Source: an uncultured Bacilli bacterium (GTDB lineage Bacteria; Bacillota_I; Bacilli_A; RF39; UBA660). Taken from it: DNA of 57,424 nt. The translations under genes and the position numbers were made by a program. Below the pieces are notes generated by a model. That model ran no database searches and was not told where the DNA came from. It saw nothing but the letters and a program-made list of their open reading frames with translations. Positions within the stretch are counted from its first letter, which is position 1. Each line of letters opens with the position of its first letter. Where the stretch lies: positions 1 through 57,424 of the forward strand of contig CANQHE010000003.1 in assembly GCA_947623735.1 (NCBI GenBank), written 5' to 3'. Of this stretch, positions 28,386 to 38,155 are shown in pieces.

Positions 28386-28483
28386 TTAAATAAATATATT
28401 TTTTGCTCATATTGCTTTCACTTAAATTTATATATGAGCAAATGAAATATCCATGATAGAGGAAAACATTCCTTTATCTTTTT
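28364..28483 (+). repeat. 3' end of the 537-aa gene plus a two-hairpin downstream element (partner of 8902-9017)
   Basis: Hairpin 1 is TGCTCATAT (28404-28412) paired with ATATGAGCA (28432-28440). Hairpin 2 is GATAGAGG (28455-28462) paired with CCTTTATC (28471-28478), followed by a T-run. Confidence 0.8.
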
Positions 28484-28501
28484 ATTTAACTAAAAAAACT
28501 C

Positions 28502-28530
28502 TTGCTAAATTCTTACTTTTAGCATATAAT
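28502..28530 (+). promoter_or_regulatory. Sigma-A promoter of the glyQS leader
   Basis: TTGCTA-17-TATAAT. Confidence 0.6.
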
Positions 28531-28536
28531 AAATAC

Positions 28537-28668
28537 ATACAAGTGATGACGGACTATTGGCACGTCCCGAGCTATATAAAAAATAAAGGTGATTTCTCTA
28601 AAAGAAATAAGTAGGGTGGAACCGCGTAAATAATACGTCCCTACAAATATCTTTTAGAGTTTTTTTAT
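28537..28668 (+). promoter_or_regulatory. T-box riboswitch leader, glycine specifier (GGC)
   Basis: The T-box sequence AGTAGGGTGGAACCGCG is at 28610-28626 with the UGGA bulge. The antiterminator helix is GTAGGG/CCCTAC. The GA/K-turn halves GTGATGA and CGAG flank GGAC-TATTGGCAC-GTCC, which carries GGC followed by A. A T7 run is at 28660-28666. The element lies directly upstream of glyQS. Confidence 0.8.
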
Positions 28669-28684
28669 TAGAAGGAGAATTATT

Positions 28685-30064
28685 ATGAAAGAAATAACAC
28701 AAGATGAATTAGTTAATTTTTGCAAGCAATATGGTTTCATATTTCAAGGAAGTGAAATCTATGGAGGACTTGCTAATACTTGGGATTACGGACCTTTAGG
28801 ACGTGAATTAAAAGAAAACTTAAGAAAAGCCTGGTGGAAAAAATTTGTTCAAGAAAACCCTTACAACTATGGCTTAGATAGTGCAATTTTAATGAATCCC
28901 GAAGTATGGGTTGCAAGTGGACATGTAACCAACTTTAATGATCCTCTTGTCGACTGTAAAGCTTGTAAAGCAAGATTTAGAGCTGATAAACTAGTCGAGG
29001 AACATTCTAAAGGAGAATTTACTGGTGATGGCTGGAGCAACGAAGAATTAGAAAGTTATCTAAAAGATAATGAAATAGCTTGTCCTAAATGTGGTAAAAA
29101 AGATTTTACACCTATAAGAAAGTTTAATTTATTATTTGAAACTCATATGGGTGTTACCGAAGATTCAAAATCTAAAGTCTATTTAAGAGGGGAAACTGCC
29201 CAAGGTATTTTTGTTAACTTCCTAAATGTAGCGCGAAGTATGCGTCTAAAAGTCCCATTTGGTATATGTCAAACTGGTAAAAGTTTTCGTAATGAAATAA
29301 CTCCAGGTAATTTTATTTTTAGAACTCGCGAATTTGAACAAATGGAACTTGAATTTTTCTGTAAACCAAATGATGATTTAGAATGGTTTGGATATTGGAA
29401 AAACTTCTGTTTAGATTTCTTAAAATCTTTAGGTTTAAACAAAGAAAATTTACGTTTTCGTGATCATGCTAAAGAAGAATTATCATTCTACAGTAAAGCA
29501 ACTACTGATATTGAATATAAATTTCCTATGGGTTGGGGTGAACTATGGGGTATTGCCGATCGTACTGACTACGACTTAACTGTTCATACCAATCATTCTA
29601 AAACTGATTTAAGATATTTAGATCCCGATACCAATGAAAAATATTTACCATTTGTAATCGAACCAAGTGTTGGCCTAGATAGATTGTTATATGCAACCTT
29701 ATCTGATGCTTATAAAATTGAAACTCTTGAAAATGGGGAAGAAAGACAAGTCTTAAAACTTCATCCAGCTCTATCTCCAATTAAAGCAACAATATTACCA
29801 TTAATCAAAAAAGTTCATGGGGAAAAAGCTATGGATATCTATGGTGATTTATCAAAATATTTTATGTGCAGTATTGATAATACTGGGTCTATCGGTAAAA
29901 GATATCGCCGAAGCGATGCTATCGGTACTCCCTTTTGTATAACTGTTGATGATGAAACAATTAATAATAATACTGTCACAATAAGAAACAGGGATACGAT
30001 GGAACAAATTACTTTAAAAATTGAAGAATTAAAAGATTATATTGAAAAGGAAATATTTTTTTAG
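28685..30064 (+). CDS. glyQS: Glycine--tRNA ligase (alpha2 dimeric GlyQS type)
   Basis: 459 aa with class II motifs including FRNEITPGNFIFRTREFEQMELEFF. It is preceded by a Gly T-box. Confidence 0.97.
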   Translation: MKEITQDELVNFCKQYGFIFQGSEIYGGLANTWDYGPLGRELKENLRKAWWKKFVQENPYNYGLDSAILMNPEVWVASGHVTNFNDPLVDCKACKARFRADKLVEEHSKGEFTGDGWSNEELESYLKDNEIACPKCGKKDFTPIRKFNLLFETHMGVTEDSKSKVYLRGETAQGIFVNFLNVARSMRLKVPFGICQTGKSFRNEITPGNFIFRTREFEQMELEFFCKPNDDLEWFGYWKNFCLDFLKSLGLNKENLRFRDHAKEELSFYSKATTDIEYKFPMGWGELWGIADRTDYDLTVHTNHSKTDLRYLDPDTNEKYLPFVIEPSVGLDRLLYATLSDAYKIETLENGEERQVLKLHPALSPIKATILPLIKKVHGEKAMDIYGDLSKYFMCSIDNTGSIGKRYRRSDAIGTPFCITVDDETINNNTVTIRNRDTMEQITLKIEELKDYIEKEIFF

Positions 30065-30084
30065 AAAAAAAGAAGGTTATTAAA

Positions 30085-30423
30085 ATGAATTATATTATGC
30101 GTTTAAATGAAGAACCATTTAATTTAATTAAAAATGATATCAAAAAAGTAGAATATCGCCTAAATGATGAAAAAAGGAAAAATATTCAAATAGGAGATAC
30201 TATAACTTTTTATAAAAGACCTTTAGAAAATGAAAGCATAAATGTTGAAGTTACAGATATAAAGCATTATAAATCTTTATATGATATGTATCTAGATACT
30301 TTTAATTTATATTTAAAAGATATATATCAAAATGTAAATGAAGCCGTCGCGGCTACACCATATTATACAGAAGAAGATATAAATAAATATGGTTGTCTGG
30401 CGCTATTTATTAAAAAATTATAA
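30085..30423 (+). CDS. ASCH domain protein
   Basis: 112 aa. It shows the pattern of small ASCH/PUA-like proteins (K.VEYRLNDEKR..I..GD.I.F). Confidence 0.7.
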   Translation: MNYIMRLNEEPFNLIKNDIKKVEYRLNDEKRKNIQIGDTITFYKRPLENESINVEVTDIKHYKSLYDMYLDTFNLYLKDIYQNVNEAVAATPYYTEEDINKYGCLALFIKKL

Positions 30424-30430
30424 TAAATCT

Positions 30431-30460
30431 AGAAAAGTCTCTCAAAACTTTTCTTTTTTT
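30431..30460 (+). terminator. Rho-independent terminator
   Basis: AGAAAAGT-loop-ACTTTTCT followed by T6. Confidence 0.7.
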
Positions 30461-30539
30461 AATTAATATCTTTCTTGCTATAAACTAAAAACTATCTTAT
30501 AATATATTAAGAACTAATTAGTTAAGTAGAGGTGATAAA

Positions 30540-31814
30540 ATGCAACTCATAACTCTTTTACCCGCGGATAAATATGTCGTTATAAATAAGACTATTTTAA
30601 CGGAAATAGACAAAAAAAATTTAATCAATCTTTATGAACCAATAATTGGTTTTGGCGCAATATCTCTCTATTTAACTTTATGGAGTGATTTAGATCGTTT
30701 AGAACTTATGAGTAAAGATTTTACACACCATCATTTAATGAGTATTCTAAAATGTGATTTAGATATTATTAAAGCTTCAAGAGAAGCCCTCGAGGCTGTT
30801 GGTTTAATTAAAACTTATTTAAAAGTAGGCGATATAAACTCTTATGTTTATGAATTATATTCTCCTTTAACTGCTCAAGAATTTTTTAACAATCCTATTT
30901 TAAATATTGTTTTATATAATAATATTGGTGAAATAGAATATAATGCTTTAAAAATGCTTTATAAAAAAGTATCGATTGATATTAAAGATTATGAAGAAAT
31001 AACTAAAACTTTAAATGAAACCTTTGAAGCTACCAGTGCTCCTGTAATTGATGCCCGTGAACGTGAAACTTTACCTTTAAATATTGTATCAGACTTAGAC
31101 TTTGATTTAATTATATCAAGTATTCCCAGAGGTTTACTAAATGAAAAAGCTTTTAATAAAAAAATGCGTGATTTATTAATTAATTTAAGTTTTATTTATG
31201 ATTTAGATTCTCTAAAAATTGTTGAATTAATCAGGGCTAGTTTAAATGAAAAGGGTAGTATTGATAAAGTTAGTTTAAGAAAAAATGCTCGCAAGTATTA
31301 CCAATTTAACAATGGTACTCTCCCAACTCTAATTTATCGTACTCAACCAGAATATTTAAAAACACCTCTTGGTGATAGTTCTAAAAAAGGCCGTATTATC
31401 GCTGTTTTTGAAAACACTTCTCCCTATGATTTTTTAAAAAACAAATACAGTGGTGCCAAACCTACTCCCAGAGATTTAAAACTTTTAGAGTATTTAATTA
31501 TTGATTTAGAGCTTCCCCCCGCTGTTGTTAATGTTTTAATTGATTATGTTCTAAAAAAGAATAATAATAAACTATCTTCAAGTTATGTTGAAACAATCGC
31601 TGGCCAGTGGAAAAGAGCCGGATTAAAAACCGCGAAAGAAGCCATGGAATTTGCGGAAAAAGAACACAAAAAATTAAGCAAAAAAAGTTCAGAAACGAAA
31701 AAAACAACCAAAGAAACTAAAGTTCCAATATGGTTTGATAAAAAAATTGAAAAAGAAGAAATAACCGCCGAAGAGCAAAAAGAACTAGATGAATTATTTA
31801 AAGAATTTAGGTGA
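30540..31814 (+). CDS. dnaB: Replication initiation and membrane attachment protein (B. subtilis DnaB-type, DnaD-like domains)
   Basis: 424 aa. It has the N-terminal pattern L..LY.PIIG..A.SLYLTLW and a C-terminal DnaD-like domain (YVETIAGQWKRAGLKT). It lies directly upstream of dnaI, as in Bacilli. Confidence 0.8.
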   Translation: MQLITLLPADKYVVINKTILTEIDKKNLINLYEPIIGFGAISLYLTLWSDLDRLELMSKDFTHHHLMSILKCDLDIIKASREALEAVGLIKTYLKVGDINSYVYELYSPLTAQEFFNNPILNIVLYNNIGEIEYNALKMLYKKVSIDIKDYEEITKTLNETFEATSAPVIDARERETLPLNIVSDLDFDLIISSIPRGLLNEKAFNKKMRDLLINLSFIYDLDSLKIVELIRASLNEKGSIDKVSLRKNARKYYQFNNGTLPTLIYRTQPEYLKTPLGDSSKKGRIIAVFENTSPYDFLKNKYSGAKPTPRDLKLLEYLIIDLELPPAVVNVLIDYVLKKNNNKLSSSYVETIAGQWKRAGLKTAKEAMEFAEKEHKKLSKKSSETKKTTKETKVPIWFDKKIEKEEITAEEQKELDELFKEFR

Positions 31815-31818
31815 TAAA

Positions 31819-32709
31819 ATGGATAATATTAAAAAATATAGTAAAAATGCATATGAAAAAGAATTACAAAAAGAATATGAAGCTAATCTTCAAGATAAAA
31901 CATTTAAAGAAATAATTACGAAACTAAAAATAGATTCTAAAACCGCCATTTTAAACAATTCTATTATTATGGATTGTGCGAATGAATTAAAAAATTGTGC
32001 CCATTGTAAAGGTTTACATGAATGTCAAAATAAAGTTTTAGGTTATTATTTATACCCGAAAAAATATGGTGATATTCTTGATTTTGGTTATGAAGCTTGT
32101 AAATACGAGCAAGAACGTATACGCTTACTTTCAGAAAAAAGGAATTCTAATAAAGAACTAGCAAATGCTCGTTTTAAATACATTGATATATCTGATAAAA
32201 AAAGACTTAAATTAATTAAATGGCTTAAAGAGTTTTATGATAATTATGATATTTCTAAAGATATGAAAGGTTTATATCTCCATGGTGTTTTTGGCAGTGG
32301 TAAAACTTATCTCTTATATGCTTTATTAAACGAATTAAAAATAAATAAAAAAGTAGAATCTATTGCTATCTATTATCCTGATGCTTTAAAAAACTTAAAA
32401 GAAGACTGGGATACTTACAGTGAAAAATTAAATCGCTTATCTGAAGTACCCATTTTGCTTATTGATGATATTGGTGCAGAAACTGTAAGTGAGTGGGGAA
32501 GAGATGAAGTTTTAGGCACTATTCTTCAATATCGGATGAATAATTATTTGCCGACATTTTTTACTTCTAATCTAACTCTAGAAGAATTAGAAGAACATCT
32601 TGCCAGTACTAAAACTACTACCGACAAAGTAAAAGCAAGACGGATTATTGAACGCATAAAATTTCTTACCACTGACTTAGAACTAATAAGTGAAAACAAA
32701 AGAAAATAG
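31819..32709 (+). CDS. dnaI: Primosomal helicase loader DnaI
   Basis: It has an N-terminal zinc-binding Cys/His cluster (CAHCKGLHEC), Walker A GVFGSGKT and Walker B LLIDDIG. The ATG at 31819, with the SD TAGGTGA, is preferred over 31789. Confidence 0.85.
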   Translation: MDNIKKYSKNAYEKELQKEYEANLQDKTFKEIITKLKIDSKTAILNNSIIMDCANELKNCAHCKGLHECQNKVLGYYLYPKKYGDILDFGYEACKYEQERIRLLSEKRNSNKELANARFKYIDISDKKRLKLIKWLKEFYDNYDISKDMKGLYLHGVFGSGKTYLLYALLNELKINKKVESIAIYYPDALKNLKEDWDTYSEKLNRLSEVPILLIDDIGAETVSEWGRDEVLGTILQYRMNNYLPTFFTSNLTLEELEEHLASTKTTTDKVKARRIIERIKFLTTDLELISENKRK

Positions 32710-32734
32710 CTAACTTACTTTTAGCTATCTTTTT

Positions 32735-33337
32735 TTAATTTTGAAAATCTTCAACTACTACTTCTAAATCTTTATTTTCATCAATTATTTTTTGCACAAC
32801 ATCATTATAATTATCCTGTTTATGAGCTGTCTCAATTCCTTCTTCTATATAACTACTTATATCACTATTATATCCTGTTCTATGATAATTATCACTTATT
32901 ACGATATAAGGAACACCATCTTTTACCGAATCTCCAAATTCTTCTCTAACTTTAGTTAATAACTCACTATTCGCACTATTTCCCCAAACTTCAATCGTCT
33001 TAATTGTTAAATAATCATAATCAATCGTTTTTAAATATTCTTTCGCATTTAAACAAAACTGACAAGTACTTCCATGAAATAAATATAAAGTAACATTATT
33101 ATTTCCCTCATAATTATCATTATCGGTTTCTTCTTCTATACTTGTTGCCGTTTTACTAGAATTATCACTACTTTCTACTTTTTCATGTCGGGTATTTAAA
33201 TTAACACTATATTTATTTTCTAAAGCCTGAGCTTTATCTTTTCCAGGATCTACCAAGTACATAACTCCTAAAATAGCTCCTAAAACACCAAAAGTTCCCA
33301 CCATACCAACTAAAATAGTTAAAACAGTTCTTTTCAT
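32735..33337 (-). CDS. Membrane-anchored thioredoxin/glutaredoxin-fold protein (CxxC = CQFC)
   Basis: 200 aa with an N-terminal TM and an acidic linker. LYLFHGSTCQFC...GVPYIVI is typical of the thioredoxin fold. Confidence 0.6.
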   Translation of the reverse strand: MKRTVLTILVGMVGTFGVLGAILGVMYLVDPGKDKAQALENKYSVNLNTRHEKVESSDNSSKTATSIEEETDNDNYEGNNNVTLYLFHGSTCQFCLNAKEYLKTIDYDYLTIKTIEVWGNSANSELLTKVREEFGDSVKDGVPYIVISDNYHRTGYNSDISSYIEEGIETAHKQDNYNDVVQKIIDENKDLEVVVEDFQN

Positions 33338-33438
33338 ATCATCAACCTCTATCTAATTATATATAAAAAAATATTTAAAAGCAAGAATTTATTGCATGTT
33401 TTTAAATTAGATGTTAGAATGAAATTAGGAGGTTTAAT

Positions 33439-34776
33439 ATGATAGTAAATTTTATCTTAATGTTTAAAGGAATAGAAGGGGTAGATAAATATTTAGCTAA
33501 ACATAAAGAATATTTTATGAATAAAACTTATTCTAAAACTCTAGCCTTTATGCGTAAATATTTAAATCACGAATTTAAAAAACGCGAAAATAATTTTGTT
33601 TTTTTAGATTATTTAGATAATAGTCAAGTAGATAGCAATTCTTATCCTGAATTAATTATTAAAAGTAAGTTTTATAAAACAATGACTGATAAAGACAAGA
33701 TAGATTTTATTGATGCTTATTTAAGTTATGATGGTGAAGAAAGTATTATTAATGATTGTATCGATAATATATTTGATTTAGATGCCCTAAAAGATTTAGT
33801 AACTGATTATGTTACTGAACATAATGCTTCTACTATTGCTGATAAATTACTATATATTGGCGATATAGATTTAATTTTAGCAAGTAATGGCTATTGGTAT
33901 TATCTAAAAGATTATTTAAATGATAATATAACGGAGTGGCCTTATTTTACCTTAGAAGATATTAAGAAATATTTATTAAATTATAGTAATCATAATGATA
34001 ACATCATCAAAGTTTTAACTTCCTATTTAGAAAAACATAATAATCTTAAAGCAGAAGTTTTAACCGCCATCGCGGATATTATTACTACTAAAATAATTGC
34101 CCAAAACACTGAAAGCACTGATTATATGTTATGCGATAGTATTAAAGAATATCTTGACAATATATTTACTAGTTTAAATAAGGATGCTTTACCAGAAGAA
34201 GATTTAAATAATCTTGCGCAAATAATCGAAAAAAATAATAATCAAGAGGTTTTAAGAACTTGGGTTTGCAACACTAAATGTGAATATAACTATCAAATAT
34301 TAGATAAGTTAATGTTAGATTATGATAATTTACCATATTTATTCACTGCTTTAGATAAATTCTATATTAGTCATATTACAACCCGAATATTAATGGCTAG
34401 CAATAAAGAAGAGAAGCAAAAATTTATCGAATATTTATCTAATCATTATAATCTATTTAGTAAAGAAACTCTAGATAAAGTATTATTTTTAACTTATACC
34501 TGTAGTTATCATTTAAGTAAAAAAGAAATATTAGGTTTTGTTTTCGCAGGTTCAAAATATACCCATGAAATATTAGAAAAATATAATTTTAGTGAAGAAG
34601 AAAGATTATTAATCTTTGAAACCTATAAAAATGCTCCAGATATAGAATTATGTACTTTATATAGTACTTATTTAATAAAGGGTGATAAATCAGCTTTACT
34701 AAATAGTGAAGAGCAAGAAAAAATTAAACCTTTAATCTTAAGTTTAAAGCAAAAAATCAATACTAAAAAAAATTAG
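33439..34776 (+). CDS. Hypothetical helical protein
   Basis: 445 aa with the good SD AGGAGG. I recognised no motifs. Confidence 0.5.
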   Translation: MIVNFILMFKGIEGVDKYLAKHKEYFMNKTYSKTLAFMRKYLNHEFKKRENNFVFLDYLDNSQVDSNSYPELIIKSKFYKTMTDKDKIDFIDAYLSYDGEESIINDCIDNIFDLDALKDLVTDYVTEHNASTIADKLLYIGDIDLILASNGYWYYLKDYLNDNITEWPYFTLEDIKKYLLNYSNHNDNIIKVLTSYLEKHNNLKAEVLTAIADIITTKIIAQNTESTDYMLCDSIKEYLDNIFTSLNKDALPEEDLNNLAQIIEKNNNQEVLRTWVCNTKCEYNYQILDKLMLDYDNLPYLFTALDKFYISHITTRILMASNKEEKQKFIEYLSNHYNLFSKETLDKVLFLTYTCSYHLSKKEILGFVFAGSKYTHEILEKYNFSEEERLLIFETYKNAPDIELCTLYSTYLIKGDKSALLNSEEQEKIKPLILSLKQKINTKKN

Positions 34777-34795
34777 AAGTTATACGACCAAGAAT

Positions 34796-34831
34796 AAATG
34801 TAAAATAATGTTAAGTTGTTTTACATTTTTT
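34796..34831 (+). terminator. Rho-independent terminator
   Basis: AAATGTAAAA ... TTTTACATTT followed by a T-run. Confidence 0.6.
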
Positions 34832-34866
34832 AAGTATTTTGGTATAATGAGTAATAGGGTGATAAT

Positions 34867-36783
34867 ATGGCAAAAGAAAATAAATATGATGCCTCATCAA
34901 TTAAAATACTTGAAGGCTTAGAAGCTGTAAGAAAAAGACCAGGCATGTATATTGGTTCAACTGACAAAAGAGGATTACATCATCTTATCTGGGAAATAGT
35001 TGATAATTCTATCGATGAAATTATCAATGGCTATGGTAATTATATTAAAATAGTTATGCATAAAGATGCTTCCATTACGATCGCTGACAATGGACGAGGA
35101 GTACCAACAGGCATGCATGAATCTGGAAAAACTACTCCCGAAGTAATCTATACTGTTTTACATGCTGGTGGTAAATTTGAAGAAGGAAACTACAAAGTAA
35201 GTGGTGGTCTTCATGGTGTTGGTGCTTCCGTTGTTAATGCTTTATCTAAAAAAATGGATGTTTTAATTTATCGTGATGGTGAAATTAACAATATTAGATT
35301 TACTGATGGTGGAAAGGTAGAAAGTCCCCTAAAAAAGATTGGTACGACGAATAAAACTGGAACAATTGTAACTTTTTTACCTAATTATGATATCTTTAAA
35401 AATTGTGCTTTTTCCTATACTACAATTACTGAAAGAATGCAAGAAAGTGCCTTTTTAATCCCGAATGTTACGATTGAAGTAATTGATGAAGAAAACAATA
35501 AATCATCTAAATTCCATTATGAAAATGGTTTAGTAAACTTTGTTGAATATATAAACGAAGATAAAACAACTCTTCACAAAGTTATAAGTTTTGCTTCTTC
35601 TAAAAGTGGTATCGAAGTTGATGTTGCCATGCAATATACCGATACTTATAATGAAAACATTTTATCTTTTGTAAATAATGTCAAAACAATCGATGGTGGA
35701 ACTCATGAAGTCGGTTTTAAAACGGGTATTACTAAAGCTTTTAATGATTATGTTAAAAATAATAATATTCTAAAAGGTAAAGATACTACCTTTGATGGTT
35801 CTGATGTGAGAGAAGGTTTAAGTGCCGTTATTAATTTAAAGATTCCGGAAAATCTTCTGCAATTTGAAGGTCAAACCAAAGGAAAACTAGGTACTCCTGA
35901 AGCTAGAAGCATCACTGAAGCAATAACTTATGAAAATTTAAAATTCTTCTTAGAAGAAAATAAAGAAATCGCGCTTTCTATCGTAGATAAAGCAAGCAAA
36001 AGTAAACTCGCCAGAGAAGCTGCTCGCAAGGCTCGGGAAGAAGCCCGAAGTGGTAAAGGCAAAAATAAACTAGAAAAGAATTTATCTGGTAAATTTGCTC
36101 CGGCATCAACTAAAAATCCCAACTTAAATGAATTATTTCTAGTGGAAGGGGATTCTGCTGGAGGTTCCGCGAAAGGGGGAAGAAATCGTCGCTTCCAAGC
36201 TATTTTACCTCTTCGTGGTAAAGTAATTAATGCTGAAAAAGCCAGTGTTTCGGATATTTTAAAAAATGAAGAAATAAATACGATTATTCATACTATTGGC
36301 GCGGGAGTTGGACCCGAATTTGATGCGAAAGACTCCAACTATGATAAAGTAATAATTATGACTGATGCTGATGTCGATGGTTCGCATATTCAAATCTTAC
36401 TTTTAACCTTTTTCTACCGCTTTATGCGTCCTTTAATTGAAGCTGGCAAACTTTATATTGCTAAACCCCCATTATACAAAATAGAATATGGCAAAAAACA
36501 TTTTTATGCTTATTCTGATGAAGAGCGTTTTCAAATAGTTTCCGATAATCCTGGTAAACCGGATATCTCTCGGAATAAAGGTTTAGGCGAAATGAATGCG
36601 GAAGAACTTTGGGATACCACAATGAATCCTGATACCCGAAGTTTAATTAGAGTAAACATTTATGATGCCGCTTTAGCGGAAAAAAGAGTAAATGTTTTAA
36701 TGGGCGATAAAGTTGAACCAAGAAAAGAGTGGATTGAAGAAAATATTGTCTTTACCATGGAAGATGATTATCGTGCCGCTTAA
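34867..36783 (+). CDS. parE: Type IIA topoisomerase B subunit, assigned as topoisomerase IV ParE
   Basis: 638 aa. It has the GHKL ATPase motif EIVDNSIDE, GGLHGVGASVVNALS, and the Toprim motifs EGDSAGGSAKGGR and DADVDGSHI. Assigning it to ParE rather than GyrB is inference, based on the ParC-like partner downstream. Confidence 0.8.
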   Translation: MAKENKYDASSIKILEGLEAVRKRPGMYIGSTDKRGLHHLIWEIVDNSIDEIINGYGNYIKIVMHKDASITIADNGRGVPTGMHESGKTTPEVIYTVLHAGGKFEEGNYKVSGGLHGVGASVVNALSKKMDVLIYRDGEINNIRFTDGGKVESPLKKIGTTNKTGTIVTFLPNYDIFKNCAFSYTTITERMQESAFLIPNVTIEVIDEENNKSSKFHYENGLVNFVEYINEDKTTLHKVISFASSKSGIEVDVAMQYTDTYNENILSFVNNVKTIDGGTHEVGFKTGITKAFNDYVKNNNILKGKDTTFDGSDVREGLSAVINLKIPENLLQFEGQTKGKLGTPEARSITEAITYENLKFFLEENKEIALSIVDKASKSKLAREAARKAREEARSGKGKNKLEKNLSGKFAPASTKNPNLNELFLVEGDSAGGSAKGGRNRRFQAILPLRGKVINAEKASVSDILKNEEINTIIHTIGAGVGPEFDAKDSNYDKVIIMTDADVDGSHIQILLLTFFYRFMRPLIEAGKLYIAKPPLYKIEYGKKHFYAYSDEERFQIVSDNPGKPDISRNKGLGEMNAEELWDTTMNPDTRSLIRVNIYDAALAEKRVNVLMGDKVEPRKEWIEENIVFTMEDDYRAA

Positions 36784-36792
36784 AATTAAGAG

Positions 36793-36839
36793 ATAAATAT
36801 TTTATTAGTTTTTATCTAAATAAAATATTTATTTTTTTT
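36793..36839 (+). terminator. Rho-independent terminator of parE
   Basis: A 14-bp perfect AT-rich stem (ATAAATATTTTATT / AATAAAATATTTAT) is followed by T8. Confidence 0.6.
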
Positions 36840-36878
36840 GCATTAAAAAAAAGATATTTCTCATATCTTTAATAAAGT

Positions 36879-38054
36879 TTATTTTCCTAAAAGAACTATT
36901 GTAATAATAGTAAAAATAATTACTCCAATTAATATCATATAGATAATAGAAAATCCCGAACTATCATATCTTTCTTCTAACTTTCTAGTTCTTGCAAGAA
37001 CATTATCTTTATTTAATTGTGATTTTAATTCTTCTTTTCTATCTAACATTTCTTTATATCTTTTTAAAGCTTCTAATTCATAAGAAGTAGCATTTTCTTT
37101 TGTCTCTAAATTAGTCATATATAAAATATATCTATCAAGAACCGCTTTAACTTTAGGTGAAATATATTCCTCATACTTCATAACATCTTCCATAAATCCT
37201 TCAAAAAGTCCAATTTCCGGCATCTCTTCTTTCGTCGCATATTTAATTAGCATATAATATTCTTCTTCATTTATGATACTAGCTTCTTTTTCCCTATCAT
37301 TTTCTACGTACATACTTTCCTGATTAAATTCATCATTATAAGTTGCTAATTGTTCATCATTTTCATTATTAACCGTATTTTTATTTAACCCCTGATTATC
37401 AGCATCAAAAGTATAAATATTTTCTCCCACTTGATATATTCCATGTTCACTATTTAAATAAACTCTTTCATCACTATTAGCTTTATTTACAATACTTGCT
37501 TCTAACTTCGTTGTTTCTCTTTCTTTTTCATCTTCTTTATAATCCGCTTGCAAATAAACATTTTTCATTTTTCTTTCTAACTCTTGATAGAGCTCTTTTC
37601 CATCAACTTTCCCACCATTTTTTAAAAATAGTGTTTGATAAACATTTAAAATATTAGTCCCTGCATAATTAAACAAAATATGTACATTATTATTATCATC
37701 TATAAAATATGGATATTCTAAATAAGACCCATCTTCCCGATATTTTTTAATAACTTTAAAATTCTTAATTTTCGGATTATCATTAATTTCTTGCGAATTA
37801 TTATCTTCTAACATATCACTTTCTTTACTTTTAATTCCAATCTTAAATAATTCTTTAATATCTTCATCAGTTAAATTATCCAAATTATTTAACACATTCT
37901 CATTTAAAATATCTTTTAAATTAATATCTTTTAAATCAACTCTAATATCTCCAATAATTAAAACATCTTTATCAATTTTTATCATCTGTAATATTTTAGC
38001 ATATCCTCTTAATTCTTGTAAAAACATCAAATTATTTTTTAATACATCATTCAT
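36879..38054 (-). CDS. Orphan tail-anchored protein (single C-terminal TM), acidic/coiled-coil
   Basis: 391 aa with the C-terminal helix FSIIYMILIGVIIFTIITIVLL. I recognised no catalytic motif. Confidence 0.55.
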   Translation of the reverse strand: MNDVLKNNLMFLQELRGYAKILQMIKIDKDVLIIGDIRVDLKDINLKDILNENVLNNLDNLTDEDIKELFKIGIKSKESDMLEDNNSQEINDNPKIKNFKVIKKYREDGSYLEYPYFIDDNNNVHILFNYAGTNILNVYQTLFLKNGGKVDGKELYQELERKMKNVYLQADYKEDEKERETTKLEASIVNKANSDERVYLNSEHGIYQVGENIYTFDADNQGLNKNTVNNENDEQLATYNDEFNQESMYVENDREKEASIINEEEYYMLIKYATKEEMPEIGLFEGFMEDVMKYEEYISPKVKAVLDRYILYMTNLETKENATSYELEALKRYKEMLDRKEELKSQLNKDNVLARTRKLEERYDSSGFSIIYMILIGVIIFTIITIVLLGK

Positions 38055-38155
38055 ATTTATCCTCTATCCTAAGTTAAGTATATCATAAAAACAAATTATT
38101 TAATAGTTGCAATTATCTAAAATTTAAGATATTATTAAAATAGGAGAGAAGTAAA

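Noticed and set aside
26704-28425. Inverted copies of GAAAGCAAT flanking the 537-aa gene (26705 and 28415) as possible inversion or transposition termini.
   Set aside because: Only about 9 bp match. A chance occurrence in 57 kb on two strands is plausible, and there is no extended similarity beyond the core.
28386-28684. A glycine riboswitch upstream of glyQS.
   Set aside because: The leader carries T-box hallmarks (the GGGTGGAACCGCG motif and a specifier codon), not the tandem glycine aptamer architecture.
34867-36783. Calling this gene gyrB rather than parE, since its length of 638 aa equals that of B. subtilis GyrB.
   Set aside because: The A-subunit gene in the window carries ParC-specific signatures (MVRMSQWWK, GISAGYATN), and there is no dnaA/dnaN/recF context. 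The assignment remains an inference and should be confirmed by phylogeny.
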